Below, piece by piece: positions 9,066-19,074 of a DNA stretch of 44,413 nucleotides (positions are counted from its first letter, which is position 1; every line of letters starts with the position of its first letter). Location: positions 1 through 44,413 of the IMG/VR virus record IMGVR_UViG_3300012971_000028; one strand, 5' to 3'. The notes under the pieces are model-generated. The model was not told the origin of the DNA and searched no databases. It saw only the letters and a list, made by a program, of their open reading frames with translations. The position numbers and the translations under genes were made by a program. This DNA is from a virus (Duplodnaviria > Caudoviricetes).

Positions 9066-9087
9066 TTCCCATGCATGGAGGACTGCC

Positions 9088-11586
9088 ATGATGAAGACGC
9101 CTATCGTCAACATTGCGGAGATGAACAATGAGTTGGCTACAGTGGTCGCCGCTGCTGGCCTCGTGTTTGACTGTGGCTGCGGTGGTAGGCTTGATAGTAG
9201 TATTGCTATCGTGGCTGAGGCACCTGGAGAGCGAGAGGTGCAAATTAGGCAGCCGCTTATCGGTGGTTCAGGAAAATATCTCTGGGATCGTCTCCGATCT
9301 GAACGCATTACACGCAACGATGTCTACATCACTAACGTTGTTAAGCGAAAGCTCGTATCCGCTGCTGACGGGCACGACATCACTGATCGACAAGGCAAGA
9401 TTACCCTCACGCGACAAGAACGACATGCATGGCGTCATATACTTTGGGAAGAACTTTCTCGGCTGCCCAACTTGCAGTGTGTGGTTGCGCTGGGAGGGTA
9501 TGCGCTCGAAGCGTTGGTTGGATATGACAGCATTACGAAAGCTAGAGGAAGCGTCTTCCCCATCGACATCGCTGGTCATCGAGTGCAGGTCTTGGCGACC
9601 TATAACCCCGCCCACGTGATGCGTGAACCACGCATGGAGATCGTGTTTCGCTTCGACTTGGACAAGTTGCGGAGGTTGCGTTGTGGTGAGTTCTCAGTTC
9701 CCAAGATCAATGCGCACATCAATCCTTCGTTCGAGGATGCTATCACGGCAATACGCGACTTGCATGATGCACGCGATCCAGTCGCCTATGACATTGAGAC
9801 AATGGCTGGCGAGACAGCATGCGTTGGCTTTGCAGCATCAAATACAGAAGGGATATGTATCAACTTCCGTAGCCAAGGGCGGAACACGTATACGCTTTGG
9901 CAAGAGCGGGACATCAGGCTGGCGCTTCAATCGTTATTTAGCAATGAAGCAACTAAGTTTGTCACGCAGAACGGTCACTACGACGCTACATGGTTGTGGT
10001 TCAAGGATCGTATACGGCCGCACAGGCATTGGTTCGATACAATGCTGGCACACCATTACTTATATCCCAGCCTTCCACATGATCTGGCTTTTATCACGGC
10101 GCAATACACTGACCATCCCTACTACAAGGACGAAGGCAAGCTATGGAAGGAAGAGGGCGACATCGATGCGTTCTGGGAATACAACGTCAAGGACTGTTGC
10201 ATAACGCGCATGGCCTATGAGCGCATGGACAAGGAGTTGGCAGACGCAGGACTGCGTGACCGCTTCTATGATCACGTCATGCGCTTGCAGCCAGAGCTGA
10301 TTGAGATGACCATCAACGGAGTGAGTGCTGATGAGCGACGACAAGGGCGATTCGCTGAGGAACTCGGACGGCAGCTTGACGAAGCAAGGGCTGTATGTCA
10401 GAGAGCGGCACAAGAGGCTACTGGCATTGCAACTTACGAGTTTAATCCCAACAGCGGTCAGCAGGTCGCTGCTCTCTTCTTTGACCAACTCGGCCTGGTC
10501 GGACGAGGAAGGTCAACTGATAAAGACAATCGTGAGAGAATTAGAAAGCATCCAAGAACATCGCCAGCAGCTAGAGAACTTGTGCGTGCAATTGATGAAT
10601 ACAAAGAGCACCACAAGTTCGTCACCACATATGTCAGTGCAGAGCCAGACACTGACGGACGGTGGCGTTGCTCCTACAAGCAGACAGGTGTCCAGTCCGC
10701 GCCAGGACGGCTGAGTAGCAGCCAGACGTATTGGGGCACTGGCCTCAATATGCAGAACATCCCTGAGAGCGCCAAGGATATGTTCGTGGCACCACTCGGA
10801 TGGGAGTTCAGCTACTACGATATGAGCCAGATCGAAGCACGCATTGTGGCACATCTAGCGGACATACCGAAGTGGAAGTCACAATTCGAAGAAGCACGTT
10901 GCAATCCAGGCAGTTATGATGCACATTGCGCCTTAGCATCAGAGATGTTCAAGGTGCCATATGACCAAGTTCCTCGACATGATAGAGACGAGGGAGGACG
11001 CCCGACCATCAGGTATATTGCCAAGCGTTGTCGCCACGGACTCAACTACCGAATGGCTGCCGACAAGCTCGCCACCGTCACAGGGTTGTCATTCGTTGAG
11101 GCAGAACAAGCCTACCGTCTATACCACATGGCGACCCCAGAGGTCCAATTGTGGTGGGATGACGTTATACAATTCGTGCGACGGAACGGGCAGATCACTA
11201 CTTGTCTTGGTAGACGATGGATGCTGCTAGAACGCTTCGAGCACGATGCACTCGATAGCGTCATCGCCTTTGAGCCGCAGTCAATCAATGGTGACTGGAC
11301 GAGTGGCGTCATTTATAAGTGCCACCACGACCCAGAGTGGCCACCGTCAGCGCGGATCATCATGAATGTTCATGACGCTAACATTGCCCTCAACCGACAC
11401 GAGGATGGTGAGGCAGTCCGCAGCATCATGCAACGCCATGCGCAACAACCCATCTGGATCAACTCGATACGCAACCGATTGGCTGGTGAGAACAAACCAG
11501 AACCACTGATCGTGCCTGCCGAGATGGGCGTGTCACAGCCCGACGAGTATGGTATACATAGGTGGTCAACCATCCATAAGCTGTGA
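9088..11586 (+). CDS. polA: Family A DNA polymerase with N-terminal family-4 UDG-like domain and 3'-5' exonuclease
   Basis: UDG-like AEAPG, TNVVK, TYNPA; Exo YDIET, NGHYD, YNVKD; polymerase GRLSS, NMQNIP, DMSQIEAR, RYIAKRCRHGLNY, VHD. Confidence 0.95.
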   Translation: MMKTPIVNIAEMNNELATVVAAAGLVFDCGCGGRLDSSIAIVAEAPGEREVQIRQPLIGGSGKYLWDRLRSERITRNDVYITNVVKRKLVSAADGHDITDRQGKITLTRQERHAWRHILWEELSRLPNLQCVVALGGYALEALVGYDSITKARGSVFPIDIAGHRVQVLATYNPAHVMREPRMEIVFRFDLDKLRRLRCGEFSVPKINAHINPSFEDAITAIRDLHDARDPVAYDIETMAGETACVGFAASNTEGICINFRSQGRNTYTLWQERDIRLALQSLFSNEATKFVTQNGHYDATWLWFKDRIRPHRHWFDTMLAHHYLYPSLPHDLAFITAQYTDHPYYKDEGKLWKEEGDIDAFWEYNVKDCCITRMAYERMDKELADAGLRDRFYDHVMRLQPELIEMTINGVSADERRQGRFAEELGRQLDEARAVCQRAAQEATGIATYEFNPNSGQQVAALFFDQLGLVGRGRSTDKDNRERIRKHPRTSPAARELVRAIDEYKEHHKFVTTYVSAEPDTDGRWRCSYKQTGVQSAPGRLSSSQTYWGTGLNMQNIPESAKDMFVAPLGWEFSYYDMSQIEARIVAHLADIPKWKSQFEEARCNPGSYDAHCALASEMFKVPYDQVPRHDRDEGGRPTIRYIAKRCRHGLNYRMAADKLATVTGLSFVEAEQAYRLYHMATPEVQLWWDDVIQFVRRNGQITTCLGRRWMLLERFEHDALDSVIAFEPQSINGDWTSGVIYKCHHDPEWPPSARIIMNVHDANIALNRHEDGEAVRSIMQRHAQQPIWINSIRNRLAGENKPEPLIVPAEMGVSQPDEYGIHRWSTIHKL

Positions 11587-11593
11587 GACGACA

Positions 11594-12844
11594 ATGAACT
11601 ACCAGCGGCTCGTGCCAGCCAACAGCTTCATGGGCCGCTACCTCTCTTACATGCAGAACCAAGAGACAGCGCCAGCATACGACTGGTGGACAGGACTGTT
11701 CTGCGTGTCCGCTGCATGCGCCAGACGCACGTATGTCGATAGGCCACGTGCGCCTGTGTTCCTCAACTTGTTCGTCATCCTGGTTGGTGAGTCAGGCATA
11801 CCGCGCAAGAGCAGTGCCATTGCCATTGCCAAGATGCTAGTGCGCAGCGTTATTGACACAGATGCTGCGATATGGCACATTGATGCCAAGGTCACACCGG
11901 AGAAGTTGGATGCCACTCTTCACACTCGAACTATGGAACATGGCACTGCGCAGTTGTGTATCACTGTTCCTGAACTTGCAGTGTTCATGGGCACCGAGCG
12001 ATACATTGCGGCCATGCCCGTCTTACTTACCGACCTATACGACTGCCCATCCATACGGGAGGGCGGGGGAACTATTGAGCGCGGTGGAGTCATGCAACGC
12101 AATGTTTGGGTTGCCTTTCTCAGCGGCTCTACCCCCGTCTGGCTTCTCAAGACCGTCAACCCCAATGTGGTTGAAGGAGGATTTACGTCCCGATGCTACT
12201 TCATCGTTGCCAACAAGCCGAAGCGGCGTATTCCGTGGCCAGACAGACTAGACTACACACTGTGGCAGGACATGAAGGAGGACTTGCAGATACTGCGCAC
12301 AGAAGCAGAACGCAAAGGGCCGATAACGCTAACACCAGAGGCACTAGCTGTATACACACAATGGTATGAGAATAGAACGCACTCACTCGATCCGTTCAAG
12401 CAGTCGTTCGAAGCACGTGAGGACGCTCACGTTCTACGAGTGGCTGCTCTGCTCAGTATCAACGACGGCACTTGGTGCATCGGGCGTGCACATGTCCGTA
12501 TTGCCGCACGCCTCATTGCTGGCGTCAAGGATAGCGGTGGCGCGCTATTCGAGAACGCAGAGGCAAGGACCAAGTTCGCAGTAGCACTCGACTTGGTGCG
12601 CACCATGCTCATCAGTGCAGGCATGGACCCTGTGCCTAGGCACAAGCTGTTCCAACGTGTGCGTGGTCATCTTGTGGCAGAAGACTTCAACACACTGATG
12701 GATGTGCTGCATGAATGCAAAGCCATACAGCGCTTCGAGTTGGAACACGACAGTGGCAAGGGCCGACGTGGCGAGTGGATACGTGGCACTCAGTTGCTAC
12801 TTGCTAAGAGGCTTGGCGAGACAGTGTTGGAACGCTTCATCTGA
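11594..12844 (+). CDS. DUF3987/YfjI-like P-loop ATPase, putative replicative helicase without a primase domain
   Basis: NLFVILVGESGIPRKSS, LLTDLYD, GSTP, GGFTSR, REDAHVLRVAALL. Confidence 0.7.
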   Translation: MNYQRLVPANSFMGRYLSYMQNQETAPAYDWWTGLFCVSAACARRTYVDRPRAPVFLNLFVILVGESGIPRKSSAIAIAKMLVRSVIDTDAAIWHIDAKVTPEKLDATLHTRTMEHGTAQLCITVPELAVFMGTERYIAAMPVLLTDLYDCPSIREGGGTIERGGVMQRNVWVAFLSGSTPVWLLKTVNPNVVEGGFTSRCYFIVANKPKRRIPWPDRLDYTLWQDMKEDLQILRTEAERKGPITLTPEALAVYTQWYENRTHSLDPFKQSFEAREDAHVLRVAALLSINDGTWCIGRAHVRIAARLIAGVKDSGGALFENAEARTKFAVALDLVRTMLISAGMDPVPRHKLFQRVRGHLVAEDFNTLMDVLHECKAIQRFELEHDSGKGRRGEWIRGTQLLLAKRLGETVLERFI

Positions 12845-15800
12845 ACTGTGACATGTCACCCTGCCAGTTGATGCCTTGCTGGACATTGACAGGCACACCT
12901 GCCACACTACTAAGCTCTGCATTCAGGTCATCGACATAAGCCATCACCTGTCGCCACTTGTCTGCCAGATCGCGTGTGCGCTCATTCATCCACTGTCTGC
13001 GCTCTGCTGGGTTCAACATCTGCTGACCCACTGCGTCCATTTGCGCTCTGATTGCATTGATCTGTGGCAACAGTGTCTGGTCAAGGAAGCGCAACTTGCC
13101 AGACGTGAGCAGATACATCGAGCGCAGTTGTGGATCAGTCGGTATCTTGCCCTGTTGGCCGGGATACGTTGGCACTGCCAATGGCTGCTGCCCTGGTGTG
13201 AAGCCGAAACGTGACTCACTGCCTCCGTATGCACCCTCTGTCTTGCGCATCTGTGCAATCGCCTGCTGCCCTTGTTCAGCAATCGGTGGCTGTCTAGATG
13301 CACGCACTTGATTCTCAAACAGTAGCGTGTTGCCCTCTGCGTTGTAGTCCTTCAGTCCTTGTAGCCAGTCCTGACCAACGTATCCAGCAGCAGTTGCCCA
13401 CTCGTATCCCTGTGCGTGGTAGCGGAACAGGCTTGTTGCCTGATCGAACAACGCACCACCAGCACCGAATGCGTTGGCGAACAACTCGCTCCAACGCTTG
13501 CCTTCACCATTGCGCATGGCGCTGTCATTTGGTGACATGCCTGGCAACGGATGGAAGTCGCTTGGCGCCTGGAAGAACGAACGCAGTCCGAAGTCACCTG
13601 TCTTGTAGTCATTCCATGCACGTGCGAAGTCAACGCGCCCAGATGCACCAGCAGCAGCAAGCGGAGCCTTCATCCACACTGGGAAGTCAACGAAGTTCAG
13701 TGAGTCGTTCAGGCCGTGCTCCATCATGGCAACCTCAGACTTGTCCAAGTGCTCTTGGCCTAAGTCCTTGATGCGGCTCAGGATGTCAGTTGCTGTCTTG
13801 GGATCAGCAGCAGCCTGTTGCACACCATGCAGGTGCATCAGCACTGCTTGCGTGTATGCCCACAGCAGTCGCATCTCCTGTGGCACTGGCAGCATGATGA
13901 CACTGTTCGCACCGTCCGTGCCATTGTAGATCGGTATGTTGGCTACACGCTGCTCTGTGCTCATCTCATTGACGAGATGATTGATGTTGGCCTGCGATCT
14001 GAACGCAGTGGCCAACACTGCAAAACCAAGCATGCCATATGATGCCAGTGCTGCGGCAGACGTGTTGATTGGTTCCTCTGCCAACGCACGGCCAAACCTG
14101 CGTGTGCCCTGCACAGCGACGTTGGCATATGGCACATGCTGGCGGACCGTCTGCGCTGTCTTGCTTCCACCAGATATGGACGGATCACCGACGATGCCGC
14201 GTATCTCCGAAGCAAGCACGTTGGGGTCCATGCCACTGTCACGGTTGAGTCGATACAGCCAGCGGTGTGTTGACTCACTGGCGTTGATGAACTCTGTGCT
14301 GATCCAACGCTTCAGGTCCATGACGAACGGACGCGCAGACATCGATCCGTCTGCGTTCATGAGCACTCGTGGCTCAAGTTGTGCAACACCAAGCCTGATG
14401 GCTCTGTCTTGGCTGTCACGACTGAGCAGTGGTATCTCCATTGCCTTCTGCAATGACTGCCCACCGATGCCGCGTGTGCCCATCTCGTATTGCAACGAAC
14501 GTGTGTAGATGTCCATCAGGTTGTCGCTGAAGTTGCGTAGTGCCTGATCGCCAACGATGGACCTGATGACCTGAATGGGTGCATCCATGTTGTCTGGCCT
14601 GAACGCACGTGATGCAGCAAGCACCAGTCTGTCCTTGAGACCACTGAGGTATTCGGGCGTGAACGCAATCGTATTGCCAATCACATCGAATGGTGCAGTG
14701 ATGGCCTTTGGTAGTCCTGTGGCACGCGCTACGAGACCACCAGACAGATCGCCTGTCGCGTTGATTGGTGCCTGTGCCGCAGTGAACCACGCATTACGCA
14801 CGGGCACGAAACGGCCAGTGGCAAGTGATGACACACCAGTTGTCATCTGTTGCAAGAGCCTACGTGTCACACCCATGCTGTCTTGCATAGCACGTTGTCG
14901 GGCAACGTTGGCGCCAACCAGTGTATCGAATATCTCTGGATGATCGACACGCCAATGTTCTGCACCAGTGCTACGATAGATGGTGATGGTCGGTTCACGT
15001 GCACCAAGTGCAGCAGTGCCAAGTGATGGATACAGAGTTGGCTGTTGCAGAACCATTGGGCTTGGCAATACGCTCTGATACACGAACTGTGCAGAGTCAG
15101 GGAATGCCTTCTGCACACCAACTTGGTGATCTATAAATGCAGTTTGTGCATCGTTCACATCTGCTTCACGCATTGCCGCTTCAAGATGCTGCATCATTGC
15201 ATGTAGTGGATCAGTGATGCGTTGTTCTATGCCACCACCTGGTGCCAACACTCGTGGCCCGACGATCTGTCGGATGCGTCCTTCACGATCCGTCTCAGGG
15301 ATGAAGTGTTGGTGGTCGTTCTTTATCGCTGCGGCGTCAGCGATAGGCAGCCGGTTGCGTGCTTGTAGTATGTCAACTGTGCCAAGGCCAATCATGTCGC
15401 CGCGCACAAGCAGATTGTTGACTACTGGATCGCTTGTGGCACGCGCAATGATGGCATCCAGTTCCTGCGTTGACTGGTGATAGAAGTTGTGCCGCAACTC
15501 ATCAACAGTTGTCACACCATACGCTTGTGGTCCACTGCGCAGCATGATGTTGCGATTGTCTTTCTCGTCACGTGCCTCGACAGCATCAGCCCATATCTTC
15601 CTGCGTGCTGGGTCCAGGTTCACAACATCATGCACGAAGTCGGCAGGGCGCGGGATTGACCTGCCACTGATTGGGTCACGGCCAGTAACAAGGAACTGCA
15701 TGAACTTTGCATCCCATGCCTGTTCATCGAATGCCATGCCCATCTGTGCGGATAGGCGCTTGCTGTATGCTGGGTTGTCACTGGTCAACTGTATGTAGTT

Positions 15801-16874
15801 GCGTAGCTGTGCAACAGCATCGAGGCCCCATGTCTGTGCCTTCACGCCCCAATCGCGTATGATGTTCTGTGGTGGATCAGGCGGTGGTGGTGCATTCGGA
15901 TCACTGATCTCTGCACCTGTGCGCTTGATCACACTGTCGTTGTAATCAGCAGCCTCCTGTGCATACTCGGGATTGAGCATGCGTGCAGAACGCTCAGCAG
16001 CAGTGGCACGTGCACCAATCTGTGCAGCCCTGCGTGCACCTGCGACACCAGCGAGGCCAGCAGCCAACTTGATGAAGTTGTCGATTAGTGTGTATGGACT
16101 CTGCCCTGTGTCGGGCGTAGCAACTACGGCATTATCTTGTGCGAGTGGTTGGCTGGTTTGCGGAAACGTCTGCCGAAGCAGTTCTTGCAAATCCCTCGGT
16201 TGTGCTGTGGGCGGCTGTGCTGTAGGTTGTGCTTGCTGCTGTTGTGGTTGTGCAAACGTCCTAGTCAGCACGTCCTGCAACGACTGTGGTTGCTGTGCGG
16301 CTTGTGCAGCACTGTCAGGTCCAAACAGTTCATGCTCACGTGCATACTGTATTGCTTCGTCAGCGGCAGTCAGACCACCACCGAACTTGCCACCAATTTG
16401 TGCCGCATGCACAGCGTTGGCAGTCGTTGGCACCAAGCCAAGCACAGGACGCAGCAATGCAGGTGCAGCACCACGCACCGCACCCATGACACCAGCCGGT
16501 GCCATTGGTCCGAGTGCACCAGCACCAGATGCTATGCCATGCAGTATACGTTCAGCAGCGTTCTGTGGCTCAACGCCACCCATTGTGTTGTATAGGCCCT
16601 GTTCAGTCTGCAATGCATGCTGACCAGCAGTGGCCATGAACTCAGGTGCATGTCCGATACTGTAGCCTGTAGCTGCTTGGCCAAGATCACTAGCGGCATC
16701 ATACAGACCACCACCCATGCCGAGTATGCGTTCACCAAGTGACACACCGGGGATATAGCCAGCAATGCCTTCGAGTTGCCGATCAGGCATGAAGTTGGTT
16801 GCGAACGACGATGCGTATCCAGGCCCGACGATACGAGCACTTCGGATCAGTGTGTCGAGTAGTGTGTCACTCAT
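12837..16874 (-). CDS. Large internal virion / DNA ejection protein
   Basis: 1345 aa, Ala/Gln-rich and helical; last gene of the virion cluster, the position of T7 gp16-type genes. Confidence 0.7.
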   Translation of the reverse strand: MSDTLLDTLIRSARIVGPGYASSFATNFMPDRQLEGIAGYIPGVSLGERILGMGGGLYDAASDLGQAATGYSIGHAPEFMATAGQHALQTEQGLYNTMGGVEPQNAAERILHGIASGAGALGPMAPAGVMGAVRGAAPALLRPVLGLVPTTANAVHAAQIGGKFGGGLTAADEAIQYAREHELFGPDSAAQAAQQPQSLQDVLTRTFAQPQQQQAQPTAQPPTAQPRDLQELLRQTFPQTSQPLAQDNAVVATPDTGQSPYTLIDNFIKLAAGLAGVAGARRAAQIGARATAAERSARMLNPEYAQEAADYNDSVIKRTGAEISDPNAPPPPDPPQNIIRDWGVKAQTWGLDAVAQLRNYIQLTSDNPAYSKRLSAQMGMAFDEQAWDAKFMQFLVTGRDPISGRSIPRPADFVHDVVNLDPARRKIWADAVEARDEKDNRNIMLRSGPQAYGVTTVDELRHNFYHQSTQELDAIIARATSDPVVNNLLVRGDMIGLGTVDILQARNRLPIADAAAIKNDHQHFIPETDREGRIRQIVGPRVLAPGGGIEQRITDPLHAMMQHLEAAMREADVNDAQTAFIDHQVGVQKAFPDSAQFVYQSVLPSPMVLQQPTLYPSLGTAALGAREPTITIYRSTGAEHWRVDHPEIFDTLVGANVARQRAMQDSMGVTRRLLQQMTTGVSSLATGRFVPVRNAWFTAAQAPINATGDLSGGLVARATGLPKAITAPFDVIGNTIAFTPEYLSGLKDRLVLAASRAFRPDNMDAPIQVIRSIVGDQALRNFSDNLMDIYTRSLQYEMGTRGIGGQSLQKAMEIPLLSRDSQDRAIRLGVAQLEPRVLMNADGSMSARPFVMDLKRWISTEFINASESTHRWLYRLNRDSGMDPNVLASEIRGIVGDPSISGGSKTAQTVRQHVPYANVAVQGTRRFGRALAEEPINTSAAALASYGMLGFAVLATAFRSQANINHLVNEMSTEQRVANIPIYNGTDGANSVIMLPVPQEMRLLWAYTQAVLMHLHGVQQAAADPKTATDILSRIKDLGQEHLDKSEVAMMEHGLNDSLNFVDFPVWMKAPLAAAGASGRVDFARAWNDYKTGDFGLRSFFQAPSDFHPLPGMSPNDSAMRNGEGKRWSELFANAFGAGGALFDQATSLFRYHAQGYEWATAAGYVGQDWLQGLKDYNAEGNTLLFENQVRASRQPPIAEQGQQAIAQMRKTEGAYGGSESRFGFTPGQQPLAVPTYPGQQGKIPTDPQLRSMYLLTSGKLRFLDQTLLPQINAIRAQMDAVGQQMLNPAERRQWMNERTRDLADKWRQVMAYVDDLNAELSSVAGVPVNVQQGINWQGDMSQFR

Positions 16875-17998
16875 TGCATGCGCTTCCCACGTGCATCATA
16901 TACGACATACGAGCCATCTGGTGACATGCCAAGGAACTGTGTTTGGTTGCCGACTGCCTTGCCACCATTGCGCGTCATCAGGCGTTGAACGTTGTCTACG
17001 AAGTCAGGATCAGCGATAGGCTTGTTGGTCTTGTCATCGTTGCCCAACATGCGCAATGCACCAAGGTATGCACGTCCATCAACTGCGTTCTCTTGGAACC
17101 CTGGTGGATACTCACGCAATGCCATCTGCGAGGCTTGTGCACCACCACCTTGTTGAGTATACTCTGGTGGCAACTCAACAAGCTTCTGTCGTTCACGCAC
17201 ATCACCGGCAGTGCCGGGTGCAGGCTTCAGCCCTGTCCTGCTTGGTGGTGTCGGCGGTGGCTTGCCTGTTGGTGGTGACACAGGTGGACCCTTCACCGGT
17301 CCTTGTTGATAGCCCATGTCTGACAACCACTTGGCAACTGCGGCAGGCCCTTGTGCGAATACAGCAGGTGGTATCGGCACGTTCATTGGCGAATTGCTCA
17401 ACTCGCCCTGTGGCGTAACAGTCATGTGCACGCCTTGTGGCATCATCTGCTTCAGCAGGTCCGTAGCATATTGGTTCAGGCCCTCTTGCTTCTTGACTTG
17501 CAACTGTAGTGGATCAACCTGAGTAGTCAGGATGCCAGTCAGACGTTTGAACTCGTCTGGTCCTAGCTGACCGCCAGCGTCTATGTAGTCCTTTGCAGCA
17601 GCAGCAATCGCCTTTGCAATGTTGGCCTGTGCTGACTGGAAGCCCTGATTGACAAATGCCTGCGCCTGCTCCGGTGGCAGTGCAGACAAGATGTCACGCA
17701 CGCCACCAACACCAAGTGCAATTGCCAAGCCATTTGGCTTGTCTAGGTAGTTGGGGATGGCATTGATCAGCGACTCATGCTGCTGTGTTGCAAGCACACG
17801 ATTGGCATAGTCGTGCTGTGCTGCAAGCTCGTTAGTGTATTGGTCCTGGCTGGCCTGTCGTGACAGCCTGTTGTATGTCAACTGATCCTGTGCGAACTTA
17901 TTCGTGCTGGGATTGGCAGTCATCTGCTCCAGAATGGAGTCCTCTGGATACGGCAAATCGATGCGCGGACTTGGCAGTTGGAATGGTGTGAGTGCCAT
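16871..17998 (-). CDS. Putative internal virion / ejection protein
   Basis: Gln/Pro-rich; ATGA-coupled to the large internal protein. Confidence 0.6.
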   Translation of the reverse strand: MALTPFQLPSPRIDLPYPEDSILEQMTANPSTNKFAQDQLTYNRLSRQASQDQYTNELAAQHDYANRVLATQQHESLINAIPNYLDKPNGLAIALGVGGVRDILSALPPEQAQAFVNQGFQSAQANIAKAIAAAAKDYIDAGGQLGPDEFKRLTGILTTQVDPLQLQVKKQEGLNQYATDLLKQMMPQGVHMTVTPQGELSNSPMNVPIPPAVFAQGPAAVAKWLSDMGYQQGPVKGPPVSPPTGKPPPTPPSRTGLKPAPGTAGDVRERQKLVELPPEYTQQGGGAQASQMALREYPPGFQENAVDGRAYLGALRMLGNDDKTNKPIADPDFVDNVQRLMTRNGGKAVGNQTQFLGMSPDGSYVVYDARGKRMQ

Positions 17999-18005
17999 CT
18001 ATCTA

Positions 18006-19073
18006 CTACCTTGGTGTTAGGTTGCCGAACTCATCTTGCACGAAGTTGGATGGATTGGTCGTGGCCGTGCTTGGTCCTGGCCCAAACAGACCACTGAGGA
18101 AGCTCAAGCCAGTCTTCGCTGTGTTGGTGCCGAGGAACTGTGACAGGCTACCAAGCCCTGACTCAGCGTCGGACAGGCCCGCTAGTGGATCGGGCACCTT
18201 GCCGGCAGCAGCACCAGCAGCACTGCCAGCAGCACTGACTGCACCAGTCTGTGCATTGAGACCAGCAGCCATCGATGATGGTGCGAACAGCGCCCTACTA
18301 GTCAGTGCACTGATCATGTCCTTGTTCGGATTGTTGGTCGCTATGCTCGGGAACTGGAACTGTGCAGTGCCAGCACCTATTGCACCCTGCAAGTCACTGA
18401 GCAGCCCTTGCCTACGCGCATTGTTGACTTGTTCAGCGCCAGTCATGCCCTGTATCTGTGCTTCATTCATGCCTTGACGCAACTGACCTGCACTCTCACG
18501 TCCCAACTTGGCCAGTATGTCGCCAGCACCCGTGCCAGTGCGTGCAGCTTGTGTCACTGCATCTTGCACAATGGGCCTGAACGTCTGGTTGTTGGCGTCT
18601 GCAACACGTGTGGTCAGCAAGCCAGTGAGCCTATCCGCAGTCATGGGCTGGAAGTTCTGGAATCGACGCATGGCCGCATCGATCATCGGCTGTGCACGCA
18701 TCGCGTTGGTCGCTGCCTGTTCATTGGCAGCCTGTGCCATGCGCATGTCAGTCGTGTTGCGCATGATCGTGGCCAAGTCACTTGCTGTCTGCGCACGTTG
18801 CGGCAATGGTCCAAGCGTGCTGACCCACTGGCCTGTCGCTGGATCGAAGCGCAGTGCATTGCCCATGCTGTCAGTGAAGCCAGCACGTGCCATCTGGTTG
18901 ATGAGTGCACCACCTTGGCCAGCCTGTGTAGCATTCTGGCGTGCAAGTGCAAGCTGATCGGCAAGCAGACCGAATGACTGATTGGCCTGCTGATTGCCTC
19001 CGAACAGTGACTTGCCAATGCCGATGCCAGTGCTGGCCAGACTGGCAATGGCGGCTGCTGTTGCGAGTGCCAT
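18006..19073 (-). CDS. Putative ejection protein (T7 gp14 / P22 gp7-like position)
   Basis: Hydrophobic Ala/Gly N-terminus MALATAAAIASLASTGIGIG and an Ala/Gln-rich body. Confidence 0.65.
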   Translation of the reverse strand: MALATAAAIASLASTGIGIGKSLFGGNQQANQSFGLLADQLALARQNATQAGQGGALINQMARAGFTDSMGNALRFDPATGQWVSTLGPLPQRAQTASDLATIMRNTTDMRMAQAANEQAATNAMRAQPMIDAAMRRFQNFQPMTADRLTGLLTTRVADANNQTFRPIVQDAVTQAARTGTGAGDILAKLGRESAGQLRQGMNEAQIQGMTGAEQVNNARRQGLLSDLQGAIGAGTAQFQFPSIATNNPNKDMISALTSRALFAPSSMAAGLNAQTGAVSAAGSAAGAAAGKVPDPLAGLSDAESGLGSLSQFLGTNTAKTGLSFLSGLFGPGPSTATTNPSNFVQDEFGNLTPR

Positions 19074-19074
19074 G

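Noticed and set aside
12837-16874. Virion-encapsidated RNA polymerase
   Set aside because: No T7/N4-type or DxDxD two-barrel catalytic motifs seen, and the protein is much shorter than N4 vRNAP; a structure search would be needed to exclude it fully.
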